Source of the DNA: a virus
Virus record (IMG/VR): IMGVR_UViG_3300029957_000007
Location: 32,001 to 96,000 of that record
Direction: 5' to 3' (one strand)
Length of the DNA stretch: 64,000 bases
Shown here: in pieces, positions 55,011 through 64,000 of the stretch
Layout: the number at the start of each line of letters is the position of its first letter
How positions within the stretch are numbered: the stretch's first letter is position 1
The notes under the pieces: generated by a model
Database searches by the model: none
What the model saw: only the letters and a program-made list of their open reading frames with translations
What the model was told of the DNA's origin: nothing
Made by a program: the position numbers and the translations under genes

Positions 55011-55448
55011 ATGATGGTCAAAAATGACTTGAAAAAGGCTTTGAGCCTTGACGACTTCATCCTTTTTGGTTCAGTGAAAGATGAAGTCGAAGTGTTCGGA
55101 CAGAAAGTGACGATGAAAACTCTTGAATCCGGTTTCCTGCGAAACTTAGCTGTTGAAACTTCCGGACTCGATCTGCTAGCCAGGGATCGAGTCTGGAAGA
55201 TCAACGTGCTTGCAAGAGCGATCAAATCATTGAATGGTAATTCATTGGTGCCAGAAGATCCAGATGATGAATTGAAAGATCGATCAGATCGCACTGATGT
55301 GGTCAAAGAGGCGATCAAGAAGATCAGCAAATGGGAGCAGTTCGTTGTTGATGCTTTCTACAATGAGTACGCTAAACTCGAGAAGCAGCAAAGCGAATTC
55401 GCCGAGGAAATGAGAAAAAAATACGAGAAAAAGACGTCCCAATCCTGA
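55011..55448 (+). CDS. Tail assembly chaperone (G-like)
   Basis: Between tube and tape measure; ends with a slippery site. Confidence 0.7.
   Translation: MMVKNDLKKALSLDDFILFGSVKDEVEVFGQKVTMKTLESGFLRNLAVETSGLDLLARDRVWKINVLARAIKSLNGNSLVPEDPDDELKDRSDRTDVVKEAIKKISKWEQFVVDAFYNEYAKLEKQQSEFAEEMRKKYEKKTSQS
55415..55421 (+). other. Predicted -1 ribosomal frameshift heptamer A-AAA-AAA
   Basis: In-phase (AGA AAA AAA); -1 frame is open from 55376 to 55900. Confidence 0.65.
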
Positions 55449-55900
55449 GATGGTGGACGCTTCTTCGGCGCGAATTGCCGTTTCCCTGGGGAGTCAAAAG
55501 AGCTTCTCATCTACAAGCATGGCAAGTCGAGTATATGCAGTACGCTGAGTATCGCGAAAAGAAAAGCGATGATAAGCGATTCAAACAATTCCTCGACTAC
55601 CTTGGATCTTACACGGACCCAAAACGTGCTAATGAGGAGCTGAAGGCTTCCTACGAATCAGGGCCCGATGGGTCCGAAGAATCCTCAACACAAGTCGTTT
55701 ATAGAAACGACAACTTCGGCAAGGAAGATCAACCAATTGTCAAGATGGAGAGTGAGGAAGCTAAAGTGAAGTTCCTCACAAACTTTGACAAAGCGATGCG
55801 TGAGAAATTCGGCGACACTTACGAGGAAGTTGAAGTCGTTACTCCAGCAAAGGTTGAAGATCCAGACGATAACGAGCCGGACGAGATCATCGTGAGGTAA
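55421..55900 (+). CDS. Tail assembly chaperone, T-like frameshift extension
   Basis: -1 frame relative to 55011; no convincing ATG/RBS of its own. Confidence 0.6.
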   Translation: MREKDVPILRWWTLLRRELPFPWGVKRASHLQAWQVEYMQYAEYREKKSDDKRFKQFLDYLGSYTDPKRANEELKASYESGPDGSEESSTQVVYRNDNFGKEDQPIVKMESEEAKVKFLTNFDKAMREKFGDTYEEVEVVTPAKVEDPDDNEPDEIIVR

Positions 55901-55901
55901 T

Positions 55902-57554
55902 ATGGCATCCCCAAATGAAAAGATCGTTCAGGAACTCGGCCTTGTCTTCACGACCGATGAACAATCGAAAGAACAGGTGCTGAGATCTCTTGATGAGATC
56001 AACAGCAAAGCCAAGTCAGTCAACGACAATATGGCGGCTGGTAGTGAAGGTGCTTCTAAGCTCTCTGAGACATTGAGGAAAGATCTTGGTGGTGCTCTTG
56101 ATAAGTTCTCGCCTGCTTTAGGTGAGATCGGCGGCTTGTTGAAAGCAGCTGGGCCAGTGACTGCACTGGTCACTGGTTTTATCTTGGTAGTCGATAAGAT
56201 GGCTGACTTGAATAAAGAAGCTGTTGATGTCAATCGCCAATTCTCTTCGATGTACTCAACGATCAAAGACATTGCTGATCTTCAGAATCATATGTCCATG
56301 ATGGGCTATGATAAAGAGGAGACAAACAACATCACTAGCCGTTTGGCTAGGAATGGGGCAGCTTCGACAGCTGAACAGCTCACAGATGCTACTATCACGA
56401 CTGGTGCCTTTGCAAAGATGACTGGCATGGAGACATCATCTGTCGCCAATATGATTGCGATGGCAGTTAAGAGCGGTGCTCTTGATGCCAACAATTTGCA
56501 AGGTGGCGTGTTTGGTGAAGGTGGAAAACCTGGTCTATTCCAGAACATGACTAAAGGCGCTGCAGAAGCTTCAATGTCGATGGAGCAATACTCCAAGTCT
56601 TTGTTTGATCTTTGGGGAACCACACGCAACTACAATATCAGTTTTGAAGATACACAAAAGCTGATGGGTCGTTGGGGTGATTCGCTGAACAAAGGCATTG
56701 TGTCGTTAAATGACATTGCCGCTTTGTCGACTGGCAGCAAGTTCAGCGATGGTCAGAAGATCTTCATGGCTCAACAAATGGGCATTGAAGGATCGCCACT
56801 TGAGATGATGACGAAGTTCGAAGCTAGCCTGAGTAAACCTGAATTCCAAGAACGACTTGGAACGAAGGTCTATGACATGGCTAAGCAAAGAGCTAAGAGC
56901 CCAACAGAGATGGTTGAATGGGTTCGAATGATGAATGATACGCTGACTGGTGGTTCAATTCCCGGTCTAAACTCATTGGGTGGAGCTCTTTCATTTTTAG
57001 AGTCTCATGCATCTGATCAAGATCGTGGCAAGTATTTTGCTGCGTTCCCAGGCGTTGTTAACAACCAGAATGAAGAACAGCGCGTCATTGCTAGAATGCA
57101 AAATGAAAGTTTGGCTAATGATAGGGCAAAGCGTTTGAATAGTCCAGAAGCGATCAAAGATCAATTGGGCATCGATGTGATGAGCACTTCAGGCGTTTTG
57201 TCTCTGGCAAAACGAGCAGTTGGGCTTCTCTACAATGACATTGGTGCTGGAGCTGACCAAGAAGGAACGATGAGACATGCGATGGGATTTGATTCTCAAC
57301 GCGGTTTGAAAGCGTTTCAAGGTCTTGATCCACATCAACAAGCTGAAGCATTGAGAGAAATGTCAAAGTTCACTGGTGCTACTCAATCGAAGCCAATTGA
57401 ATTGAAACTTGACAATCACCAATCACTTGACATCAACATCAAGATGAATGGTCAGCAAGTCAGTACACAACGATTGAACAGCAAACCTGGAACCCAATCG
57501 TTCACGCTACCAGCTGGGATGGATATGGGTATCACAGTTGAAGGGCATAAGTGA
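55902..57554 (+). CDS. Tape measure protein
   Basis: Helical Ala/Gly/Met-rich 550 aa after the chaperones. Confidence 0.75.
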   Translation: MASPNEKIVQELGLVFTTDEQSKEQVLRSLDEINSKAKSVNDNMAAGSEGASKLSETLRKDLGGALDKFSPALGEIGGLLKAAGPVTALVTGFILVVDKMADLNKEAVDVNRQFSSMYSTIKDIADLQNHMSMMGYDKEETNNITSRLARNGAASTAEQLTDATITTGAFAKMTGMETSSVANMIAMAVKSGALDANNLQGGVFGEGGKPGLFQNMTKGAAEASMSMEQYSKSLFDLWGTTRNYNISFEDTQKLMGRWGDSLNKGIVSLNDIAALSTGSKFSDGQKIFMAQQMGIEGSPLEMMTKFEASLSKPEFQERLGTKVYDMAKQRAKSPTEMVEWVRMMNDTLTGGSIPGLNSLGGALSFLESHASDQDRGKYFAAFPGVVNNQNEEQRVIARMQNESLANDRAKRLNSPEAIKDQLGIDVMSTSGVLSLAKRAVGLLYNDIGAGADQEGTMRHAMGFDSQRGLKAFQGLDPHQQAEALREMSKFTGATQSKPIELKLDNHQSLDINIKMNGQQVSTQRLNSKPGTQSFTLPAGMDMGITVEGHK

Positions 57555-58258
57555 TGGCACGACACAGAGTGATCTTCGTCGCCGGTCTGGGCAACTACTT
57601 GCCAGGACAACTCTCAAGTCCAGCACAAGCTGCTTCATTTGTCGCTGGTGTAGCATCTCTTGGAAATCCTGTTTCAGCTGCTACTGTTGCACAGTCAGGA
57701 TCTCTTATCAATCCAGCGGTTGGATTGGGATCTCAGATCGCAACAGCGGCTTTGTTGAAAAACGCTGGATCGCTTGGTATCCCACAGAATCTACAGAACT
57801 TCATCTCAGCGTCATTGAACACTGGCGGTCTATTTGTTGAACTGCTTTTGAATCCACAGCGGATCAAAGAAGAGCAACAGAAGATCATTACAAAGCAACC
57901 TACGGCGAATGGTTACGCCTACTTCCATTGGGGTCTCGAGCCTAAGAAAATAACGTTTGAGATCATCACCAAATCGCTGAGACCGAAGATCAGCGACAAT
58001 GGAGTGAGTGCTTCAGATGCACAAAGCAATTTGGATCAGATGGAGAAGTTCTTTCAAGTCAACAACTTCAATGTGGGGCTGATCTACCAAAATAAGATCT
58101 ACGTTGGACACTTTGAAGGCGTTTTCATGAAGACCAGAGATGTGAACAATCCGAACATCACTAGCGCAAGTTTCACATTCATCGTGGATAAGATCCCGAG
58201 TGTGATGGTGCCTGGTTTTGGATCGTTCAACATCAACACCATCCCTTTCAATGTGTGA
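57551..58258 (+). CDS. Tail tube initiator/baseplate hub component
   Basis: LLLNPQ.I......T..G....HWG..P..I.F pattern; gene position. Confidence 0.6.
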   Translation: MMARHRVIFVAGLGNYLPGQLSSPAQAASFVAGVASLGNPVSAATVAQSGSLINPAVGLGSQIATAALLKNAGSLGIPQNLQNFISASLNTGGLFVELLLNPQRIKEEQQKIITKQPTANGYAYFHWGLEPKKITFEIITKSLRPKISDNGVSASDAQSNLDQMEKFFQVNNFNVGLIYQNKIYVGHFEGVFMKTRDVNNPNITSASFTFIVDKIPSVMVPGFGSFNINTIPFNV

Positions 58259-60120
58259 TCATGGTTGACTTCGCATCTATCGACCCAGGTTCTCAGCCAT
58301 CTGCTAGAAAAGCACAAGCTGACGACGACGCAAGGACCGGCTTCATTAGGAATACTATCCCAACCATTCTACACTATATTGCGAATATGGTGCAGAATGC
58401 GTTGCCAGTTCCTACCAGTGTTCATGTTGCACCTGACTTCTACATTCAAGTGTTCAAGCTTCGATTCAATTACGATGCAATAACGAATGCATTAGCTAGT
58501 GGATCAACATCAACAGACATTTCAGCTATCATTCAAGGCATTGACATCTTTCAATTGAATGACTTGAGAAATGTCACATCAGCAATGAGCTGTGGTAAAA
58601 ATCCAGGCTCTGCTGGATTCACATTGAACCAGCTGCTGATCAATGATAAACTTGTTGAGACGATCGATGTGCATGGTCAGAAGTTTCTCACGCCAAGAGA
58701 GACGCTGAAGAATGTGAAGAATCCAGATGTCACGATCGATTATATGGACATCGTCAAGGTTTTCATTCGTAATAGATTTCCGGATCCTACGAATGGAGCC
58801 AACAACTATTCGTGCACATTCACTGGTTTCATCACATCAGTCACGCACATTGATCAACCAAAAGTAGACTTTGCTTATCAATATGGTGCTCACGATATCA
58901 GCACTGCACTGCGGTTAGCCCCGGTCCCATCACAGATCAATCTTCAACAGATGGTCAATGGTGGCCCAGGTTATCAACAACTTCAGAAGAATATCTATTG
59001 GAATAATCCACTGGTCGTCAATCAATCGGCCATTGATACTATCAAGACGCTGATCGATTCGAGTTGGTGGACATATCCAAACTCAGCTCAAGTGCTTACC
59101 AAAACACAACCGTCAGATAATGCAAAGGTATCAAGGGTTCAGATCTTGAATCCATCAAGTTTAGGTTTGTTGAATCTCAACATCTTCCCAGCTAACTTGC
59201 CAAACATCAGAGCGTACGGTTCAGTGTTCAATCGCAATATGAATCTTGCATTCTATCAACAAAGCGACAAATTGCCATATGAGGTGTGTAAGGATCTTGC
59301 TGACGTCATCGGTCTCGAATTCTACGCTACACCCGAAGGCAATCTGTACTTTGGCATTCCAAAGTGGGATATCGATATTGACGGATCCTACTATGCCATA
59401 GAAAATAGCATCATCACGAGAACTGGTTTCTTTGATCTGAATGGAACGCTGTCTAGTATCCCATCACAATCATACGTTTCTGAGATTGATGCTTACACCA
59501 TCAATCAAGAAGACGTAATTGGCTATGAGGAAACTGGATCAGTAGAAAACATCTACACAAGAGTCGATGTTGGTTTTGTCAGTTGGGATGAAGATCTTTT
59601 GGCAACACTCAACCCATCCGTTTCACAGAGCGTCTTCAAAGAGAAATTCTTCTTCTCATTCCCAGACATCAAGTTCTGGGATCCATCGTCAATGGACAAC
59701 AACTCTGAATTCCTCAGAGAGATGACGAGGTATGGAGTTCGTCCATTCCCAGTGAGTGGCAAAGCTTTTCTTCAGACGGATGAAGCTATCAAAGCTTATG
59801 CTCAATTTGTTTATGACAAATTGAAAGGTCAACGCACTCAAGCAAAATTGACGATTGTTCCACGACCAGAGATCAGAGCTGGTAGAACGATTCGTATACC
59901 ATATAAGAACTTGATAGCCTATGTGACGAGTGCTACGAACTCAGTGGTACCAAAGAAGAGCGCTTCAACGACATTGCAATTATCGTTCATCCGCTCTGCT
60001 GAGTACGATCCAGAGAAAAGTCGTTTTTCATTTGATGGATTGACTAGCATCGTCGAACAAAAGTACGGGTCGTTCATTCCGGCTGGAACTTTCGACTTCA
60101 CTGCCCTTCAGGAGAACTAA
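58255..60120 (+). CDS. Baseplate hub protein (gp27/gpD-like)
   Basis: DLADVIGLEFYATPEGNLYF and PRPEIRAGRTI motifs. Confidence 0.7.
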   Translation: MIMVDFASIDPGSQPSARKAQADDDARTGFIRNTIPTILHYIANMVQNALPVPTSVHVAPDFYIQVFKLRFNYDAITNALASGSTSTDISAIIQGIDIFQLNDLRNVTSAMSCGKNPGSAGFTLNQLLINDKLVETIDVHGQKFLTPRETLKNVKNPDVTIDYMDIVKVFIRNRFPDPTNGANNYSCTFTGFITSVTHIDQPKVDFAYQYGAHDISTALRLAPVPSQINLQQMVNGGPGYQQLQKNIYWNNPLVVNQSAIDTIKTLIDSSWWTYPNSAQVLTKTQPSDNAKVSRVQILNPSSLGLLNLNIFPANLPNIRAYGSVFNRNMNLAFYQQSDKLPYEVCKDLADVIGLEFYATPEGNLYFGIPKWDIDIDGSYYAIENSIITRTGFFDLNGTLSSIPSQSYVSEIDAYTINQEDVIGYEETGSVENIYTRVDVGFVSWDEDLLATLNPSVSQSVFKEKFFFSFPDIKFWDPSSMDNNSEFLREMTRYGVRPFPVSGKAFLQTDEAIKAYAQFVYDKLKGQRTQAKLTIVPRPEIRAGRTIRIPYKNLIAYVTSATNSVVPKKSASTTLQLSFIRSAEYDPEKSRFSFDGLTSIVEQKYGSFIPAGTFDFTALQEN

Positions 60121-60947
60121 TGCAGATCTTCGAAGGGGAAGAACTAGTTCAAGATATGAAAAAAGAGTTGAACAAAGGGGTACGTTATGCTATCATCGCA
60201 GCTGTTCATGATGATCTCATTCAGAACCCACAATCAGAGGTTGATGAACGCTTAAGATACATGACGGTTGATTTGACATTCATCGACTTTCCTGGTGTTC
60301 AAACTCGAGTTGCCATTACAGGCTTTGAAGCATCAAGTGGCGAGGTAACAGTTCCACAAGTCAATTCAATTTGCATGTGCATCTTCTTACCAAATAGAAA
60401 AGCCTTGCTCTTGACGCAAGTATCTGGTGGAGACGTTGGTGCCACCAGAACAATGAGAGATCTCGTCAAGAGTGGTGTTGTCCTTCCAATTCAACGTGGA
60501 GAACAGTTGAAGTGGAATGGAAGCACATATTGGTATTTAAGATCATGTGCTAAAAAGATCGTTCATACGATCGGCACGGTTCTTGATGCCACGCTGGCTA
60601 AGGTGTTACTTGATGGCAAGGAAATTCACTACCAAGTTGAACATGAATCTGGGACTAAGATCTCGATCGATGCAAGTGGCAACATCATCTTGAGTCCAGG
60701 AAGCGGAGCAAAGATGTTTGAAGGATTGGTGCCATCAGGAGCTACTGATGAGAATGCACTGGTCACTCGAAAGTTCTTGCTCGATTTCTACAATGACTTA
60801 GTGCAGAAATTCAATTTGCATACACATCCATATGTGAATGTGACAACGCCATCTACAACTTCAGTTACTGCTACATTAGCAACAGAAGTTTCGCCGTCCC
60901 TTCCGGACACGGTGTCAACACCAGACATCAGAGCTAAGAGCGCATAA
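60120..60947 (+). CDS. Baseplate central spike (gpV/gp5-like)
   Basis: OB-fold N-terminus (VPQVNSIC), beta-helix, FNLHTH metal-binding tip. Confidence 0.75.
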   Translation: MQIFEGEELVQDMKKELNKGVRYAIIAAVHDDLIQNPQSEVDERLRYMTVDLTFIDFPGVQTRVAITGFEASSGEVTVPQVNSICMCIFLPNRKALLLTQVSGGDVGATRTMRDLVKSGVVLPIQRGEQLKWNGSTYWYLRSCAKKIVHTIGTVLDATLAKVLLDGKEIHYQVEHESGTKISIDASGNIILSPGSGAKMFEGLVPSGATDENALVTRKFLLDFYNDLVQKFNLHTHPYVNVTTPSTTSVTATLATEVSPSLPDTVSTPDIRAKSA

Positions 60948-61663
60948 TGGCCACTGTAGCGATCCAGCAAAAATTGCAGTGTGACCACTCGTTTATCATC
61001 GAGGGTCAAGCACAATCCTCAACTGCTAATTCTCTCACGGATCTCACGAAAAATTGGCCCTTGAACCTCCTAGTTGGTAAAACACTGATGATCTGGTATG
61101 GTACTGGGGCTGGACAGTCAGTGAATGTGAACGCAAATGCTCACAACCAACTTTGGATCGATGGACAATGGGCCATTCAACCGGATAGGTCCTCACTCTA
61201 TCGAATCCGAGTGAATTCAACTGAAGACTACTGTGCTAAATGCAATGGTTCAAATGCCTATCGTGATCTTCAATTTGCGAGCGGGAGACGTAAGACTTTG
61301 ACTGGCATTCAAAAGCTTGCACAGTCAGTTGACACGGTTTTGCTCTCACCACATGGTGCTTCAATATTCAATCCTGACTTTGGGAGTGGTATTGAACTTG
61401 CACTCACAGCAGATATTGATGATGACGATGAGCTGTCGATGTATGTTGAGAACAACACGGTATCTGCGTTGAATGTGCTGACAAATGCACAATCAGCTGC
61501 AGTACCGTTCTTGTCATTCGACAACTCAGAGCTACTGAACCAATTGGTGAGCGTCGACGTCGCTAGAGATACGGTTGATCCAAGAGATCTTGAATTGACG
61601 GTCGATGTTAACTCCGCAAGTGGACAGCAAACCACTGTGACCGCCCCACTCAACACTAGGTGA
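60947..61663 (+). CDS. Baseplate wedge subunit (gp25/gpW-like) with N-terminal Zn motif and inserted beta domain
   Basis: KLAQSV..VLL..G..IFNPDFGS gp25 motif; CDH...CAKC. Confidence 0.75.
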   Translation: MATVAIQQKLQCDHSFIIEGQAQSSTANSLTDLTKNWPLNLLVGKTLMIWYGTGAGQSVNVNANAHNQLWIDGQWAIQPDRSSLYRIRVNSTEDYCAKCNGSNAYRDLQFASGRRKTLTGIQKLAQSVDTVLLSPHGASIFNPDFGSGIELALTADIDDDDELSMYVENNTVSALNVLTNAQSAAVPFLSFDNSELLNQLVSVDVARDTVDPRDLELTVDVNSASGQQTTVTAPLNTR

Positions 61664-61667
61664 TAGC

Positions 61668-63329
61668 ATGTCAATTGATACTTCCGGGATCAGAACACAA
61701 GCTCAAGTCCTTGGGAATGTCGATGGTAGTGGGGATGGCTTCAGAGAATTCATCCTTGCACTGAACATTACCACTGACGGGATCGATGGCAAAACCATCG
61801 ACATCACTGACCCTGAGTTCTTGATCCAAGCTGAATTAGCGCCAGTGTCTCTTGAATTCGCGAATGTCTACATCATCGACGACTTCAAGAACAGAGCGAT
61901 CGATATCAACAAGCTTCTTGAAGTTGACAACGATCCTTCATACAAATCGAATTTGCAAGCGGCGCTTCACATGACAGCCGTTCAAACACAAGCGCTCATC
62001 GACATGTTGTTTGATTATCACGGCTCAAATGTTGGGAAGCCAAGAAAAGGTACGACTCAAGCCATTGGCACACAGGTCTTTTCCTCAACATCAGCACCAA
62101 CAGCCGATGCTGTCATTTTAGCTGGGACTCGTGTTTCAACTGAACCAACATCAACAAACCCAGCAGTTGTATTCGCTACAACTTCGACTGTGACGATGTA
62201 CGCCGCTTTAGCAGCAAGCTATTTGAATCCAGCTAATGGACTCTGGGAGATCCCAGCTAACATCAAAGCTGTTTCTCCTGGCGCTAATGGTAATCAGATC
62301 GCTGGTTCTGTTAAAGTCTTGGTCAATAGCGTCAATGGCATCTCTGCAACACGCAACATTGCCAAGACTGAAGGCGGTCAAGATCAAGAATCGAATGCTG
62401 CATATGCGGCACGTATCAGTGCTGCTTACGCTGGTTCAAACATCTACACGCTGAGCGGTAGACAAGGCATTGTGCTCAATCAATCGAATGTGAGCGCTTG
62501 CGATGTAGTTGGCAGTGGTGATCCATTGATGCTTCGTGATCTTGGCAATGGTGGTAAAGTAGACATCTATGTTCAAACCAACAACAATGATGTTCAACAG
62601 GTGACTGATGAGCTCCAACCATATGTGAACACTCAAACGACATATGTGATGGAAAATCAGCCAGTCGAAGCGAATCCTGCCGTCAATCCAGTTGGCGTTG
62701 ATGTCTACAACAATGGTGCTGTCGTTGGAACACTGACGATAGGCACGCACTTCAATTTTGTGAAGTCAAGAGATAACACTCCTCTGAATGTATATGTGGA
62801 GTGGTCGAGCTTTGCGAGTGATGCGATTGTCCTGACACCAGCTGGTGTCACATACATCTCTGGTCTTGGAACAGTCACTCACCTCGGCCTTTCATATTCA
62901 TATGACAAGAGAATCGGTGCAATTCAAACAATCTTCAGTGCACCAGATGGACACGCTCTGACTGAAGACATTCAAGTCAGAAAGGCTAAGTACGCTGAAT
63001 TGAATGTTGCTGTGACTGTGAAGCTGCTCACTGGCTACCAGCTCATTGATGTGCAGAATTCAGTGGCAACACTGTTGTCTGATCTTTACGACATCAGTAA
63101 AGATATCCTTGGTCTTGGTGGCATTGAATCTATCATCACAACAACGATTCAGAATGGTGGATCCGCAATTGGCGTTTCACAAGTTGAGCTTGGCACATTG
63201 GTGATGACACTGTCGAATGGCAACGATCTTGTAGCGAATTATGCCTACACTGTCGATGTTTACGGCAACATCATCATCCCAACGAACGAGTTCCTTCAAT
63301 TGGGAACCGTCACGCTAACGGCGGCGTAA
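61668..63329 (+). CDS. Baseplate wedge protein J (gp6-like)
   Basis: AVSPGANGN and N.AKTEGGQDQESNAAYAARI baseplate-J motifs. Confidence 0.85.
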   Translation: MSIDTSGIRTQAQVLGNVDGSGDGFREFILALNITTDGIDGKTIDITDPEFLIQAELAPVSLEFANVYIIDDFKNRAIDINKLLEVDNDPSYKSNLQAALHMTAVQTQALIDMLFDYHGSNVGKPRKGTTQAIGTQVFSSTSAPTADAVILAGTRVSTEPTSTNPAVVFATTSTVTMYAALAASYLNPANGLWEIPANIKAVSPGANGNQIAGSVKVLVNSVNGISATRNIAKTEGGQDQESNAAYAARISAAYAGSNIYTLSGRQGIVLNQSNVSACDVVGSGDPLMLRDLGNGGKVDIYVQTNNNDVQQVTDELQPYVNTQTTYVMENQPVEANPAVNPVGVDVYNNGAVVGTLTIGTHFNFVKSRDNTPLNVYVEWSSFASDAIVLTPAGVTYISGLGTVTHLGLSYSYDKRIGAIQTIFSAPDGHALTEDIQVRKAKYAELNVAVTVKLLTGYQLIDVQNSVATLLSDLYDISKDILGLGGIESIITTTIQNGGSAIGVSQVELGTLVMTLSNGNDLVANYAYTVDVYGNIIIPTNEFLQLGTVTLTAA

Positions 63330-63330
63330 C

Positions 63331-64000
63331 ATGTCAAAAGTCCGATCATCCATCTCGATTGAATGGAATACTCGCAATCTCGTTGATGCAGTCCTGACCT
63401 TGAGCTACAAGGTCTGCAATCAAAATATCCATTTAGCGAGATATGTCCAGGACTTATATGGTGTTCTGAATCGCTTGCGATCTCAGAACATATACAACAT
63501 CTACTACAGAATGGTCGGCAAAGAATTCTGTCGTGTGAATCAAGGACAGATGGCCGGCCTCTTCAACTTGTTCATGGACTCTGCTGACTTCGACACGATC
63601 AAAGGCAAATGGTCAGATCTTGTTGGATTCACATTCAGAGCCAATTTCACAGAGCCAGAATATCGACAGTTCATCTACAGCTTCAGAGCAATGATCTTTG
63701 GGAACTCCACACCTGCTGAACTTCAACTTGCGCTGCAACAGATGCTGCAGTTGGATAGCAACAAGGTGAAGATCTTAGAGTACTTCAAAGACTCTGCGAT
63801 CATGACGTTCTTCACAAACGATTGGGCGATTCGAAACAACGCTCAATTGATCCATGCAGGAACAACTGACGGAAGCAACGTTACCAACTCACCAAATAAA
63901 CTCGGTGATTCAACGTTCCTTGCTTCCGCAACACCAAATCAGTACATTGGAATGAAGATCGTCATCACATCAGGAGCTGGTCAATCTCAAGTAGCGACTG
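63331..64000 (+). CDS. Baseplate wedge protein (gpI-like), 3' partial
   Basis: ATG at 63331, frame open to the window end (MSKVRSSISIEWNTRNLVD...); follows baseplate J. Confidence 0.65.
   Translation, partial: MSKVRSSISIEWNTRNLVDAVLTLSYKVCNQNIHLARYVQDLYGVLNRLRSQNIYNIYYRMVGKEFCRVNQGQMAGLFNLFMDSADFDTIKGKWSDLVGFTFRANFTEPEYRQFIYSFRAMIFGNSTPAELQLALQQMLQLDSNKVKILEYFKDSAIMTFFTNDWAIRNNAQLIHAGTTDGSNVTNSPNKLGDSTFLASATPNQYIGMKIVITSGAGQSQVAT

Noticed and set aside
1-64000. Alternative genetic code (TAG or TGA reassignment), as in some jumbo phages
   Set aside because: Core genes are intact under the standard code and end at TAA, TAG and TGA; both tRNAs read sense codons
1-64000. CRISPR array
   Set aside because: No regularly spaced identical nucleotide repeats; the repeats seen are protein-level (TPT tracts, KRxA linkers, NHL)

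Overview
This is a 64-kb slice of a large contractile-tailed dsDNA phage (myovirus morphotype, Caudoviricetes; probably a jumbo-type genome). It uses the standard genetic code, and nearly all genes are on the + strand. Gene order: end of the terminase large subunit; a cluster of acidic putative head proteins; portal; MuF-like protein; an ~18-kb accessory block (many small ORFs, a Tad1-like anti-defence sponge, a STAS-like protein, tRNA-Pro, tRNA-Ser, a candidate structured ncRNA, secreted Thr/Pro-rich proteins); a second cluster of large acidic multidomain proteins; prohead protease-scaffold; head decoration protein; major capsid protein; signal-peptide-bearing fibre-like proteins; a lysozyme-like enzyme; neck, sheath, tube, tail chaperones (-1 frameshift site), tape measure and baseplate genes. 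Three signals stand out. (1) A family of 'beads-on-a-string' proteins whose ~55-90-aa acidic SH3/KOW-like modules, plus an InPase domain and a HAD domain, are delimited by a recurring K-R-x-A(S) motif also found in the protease-scaffold; this suggests protease-released, head-packaged polyproteins. (2) At least seven exported or lipoprotein-type proteins, three of them inside the virion operon. (3) A 166-nt intergenic RNA with five stems and two possible pseudoknots. All family assignments come from motif recognition by eye; no database search was run. Many accessory ORFs remain hypothetical.
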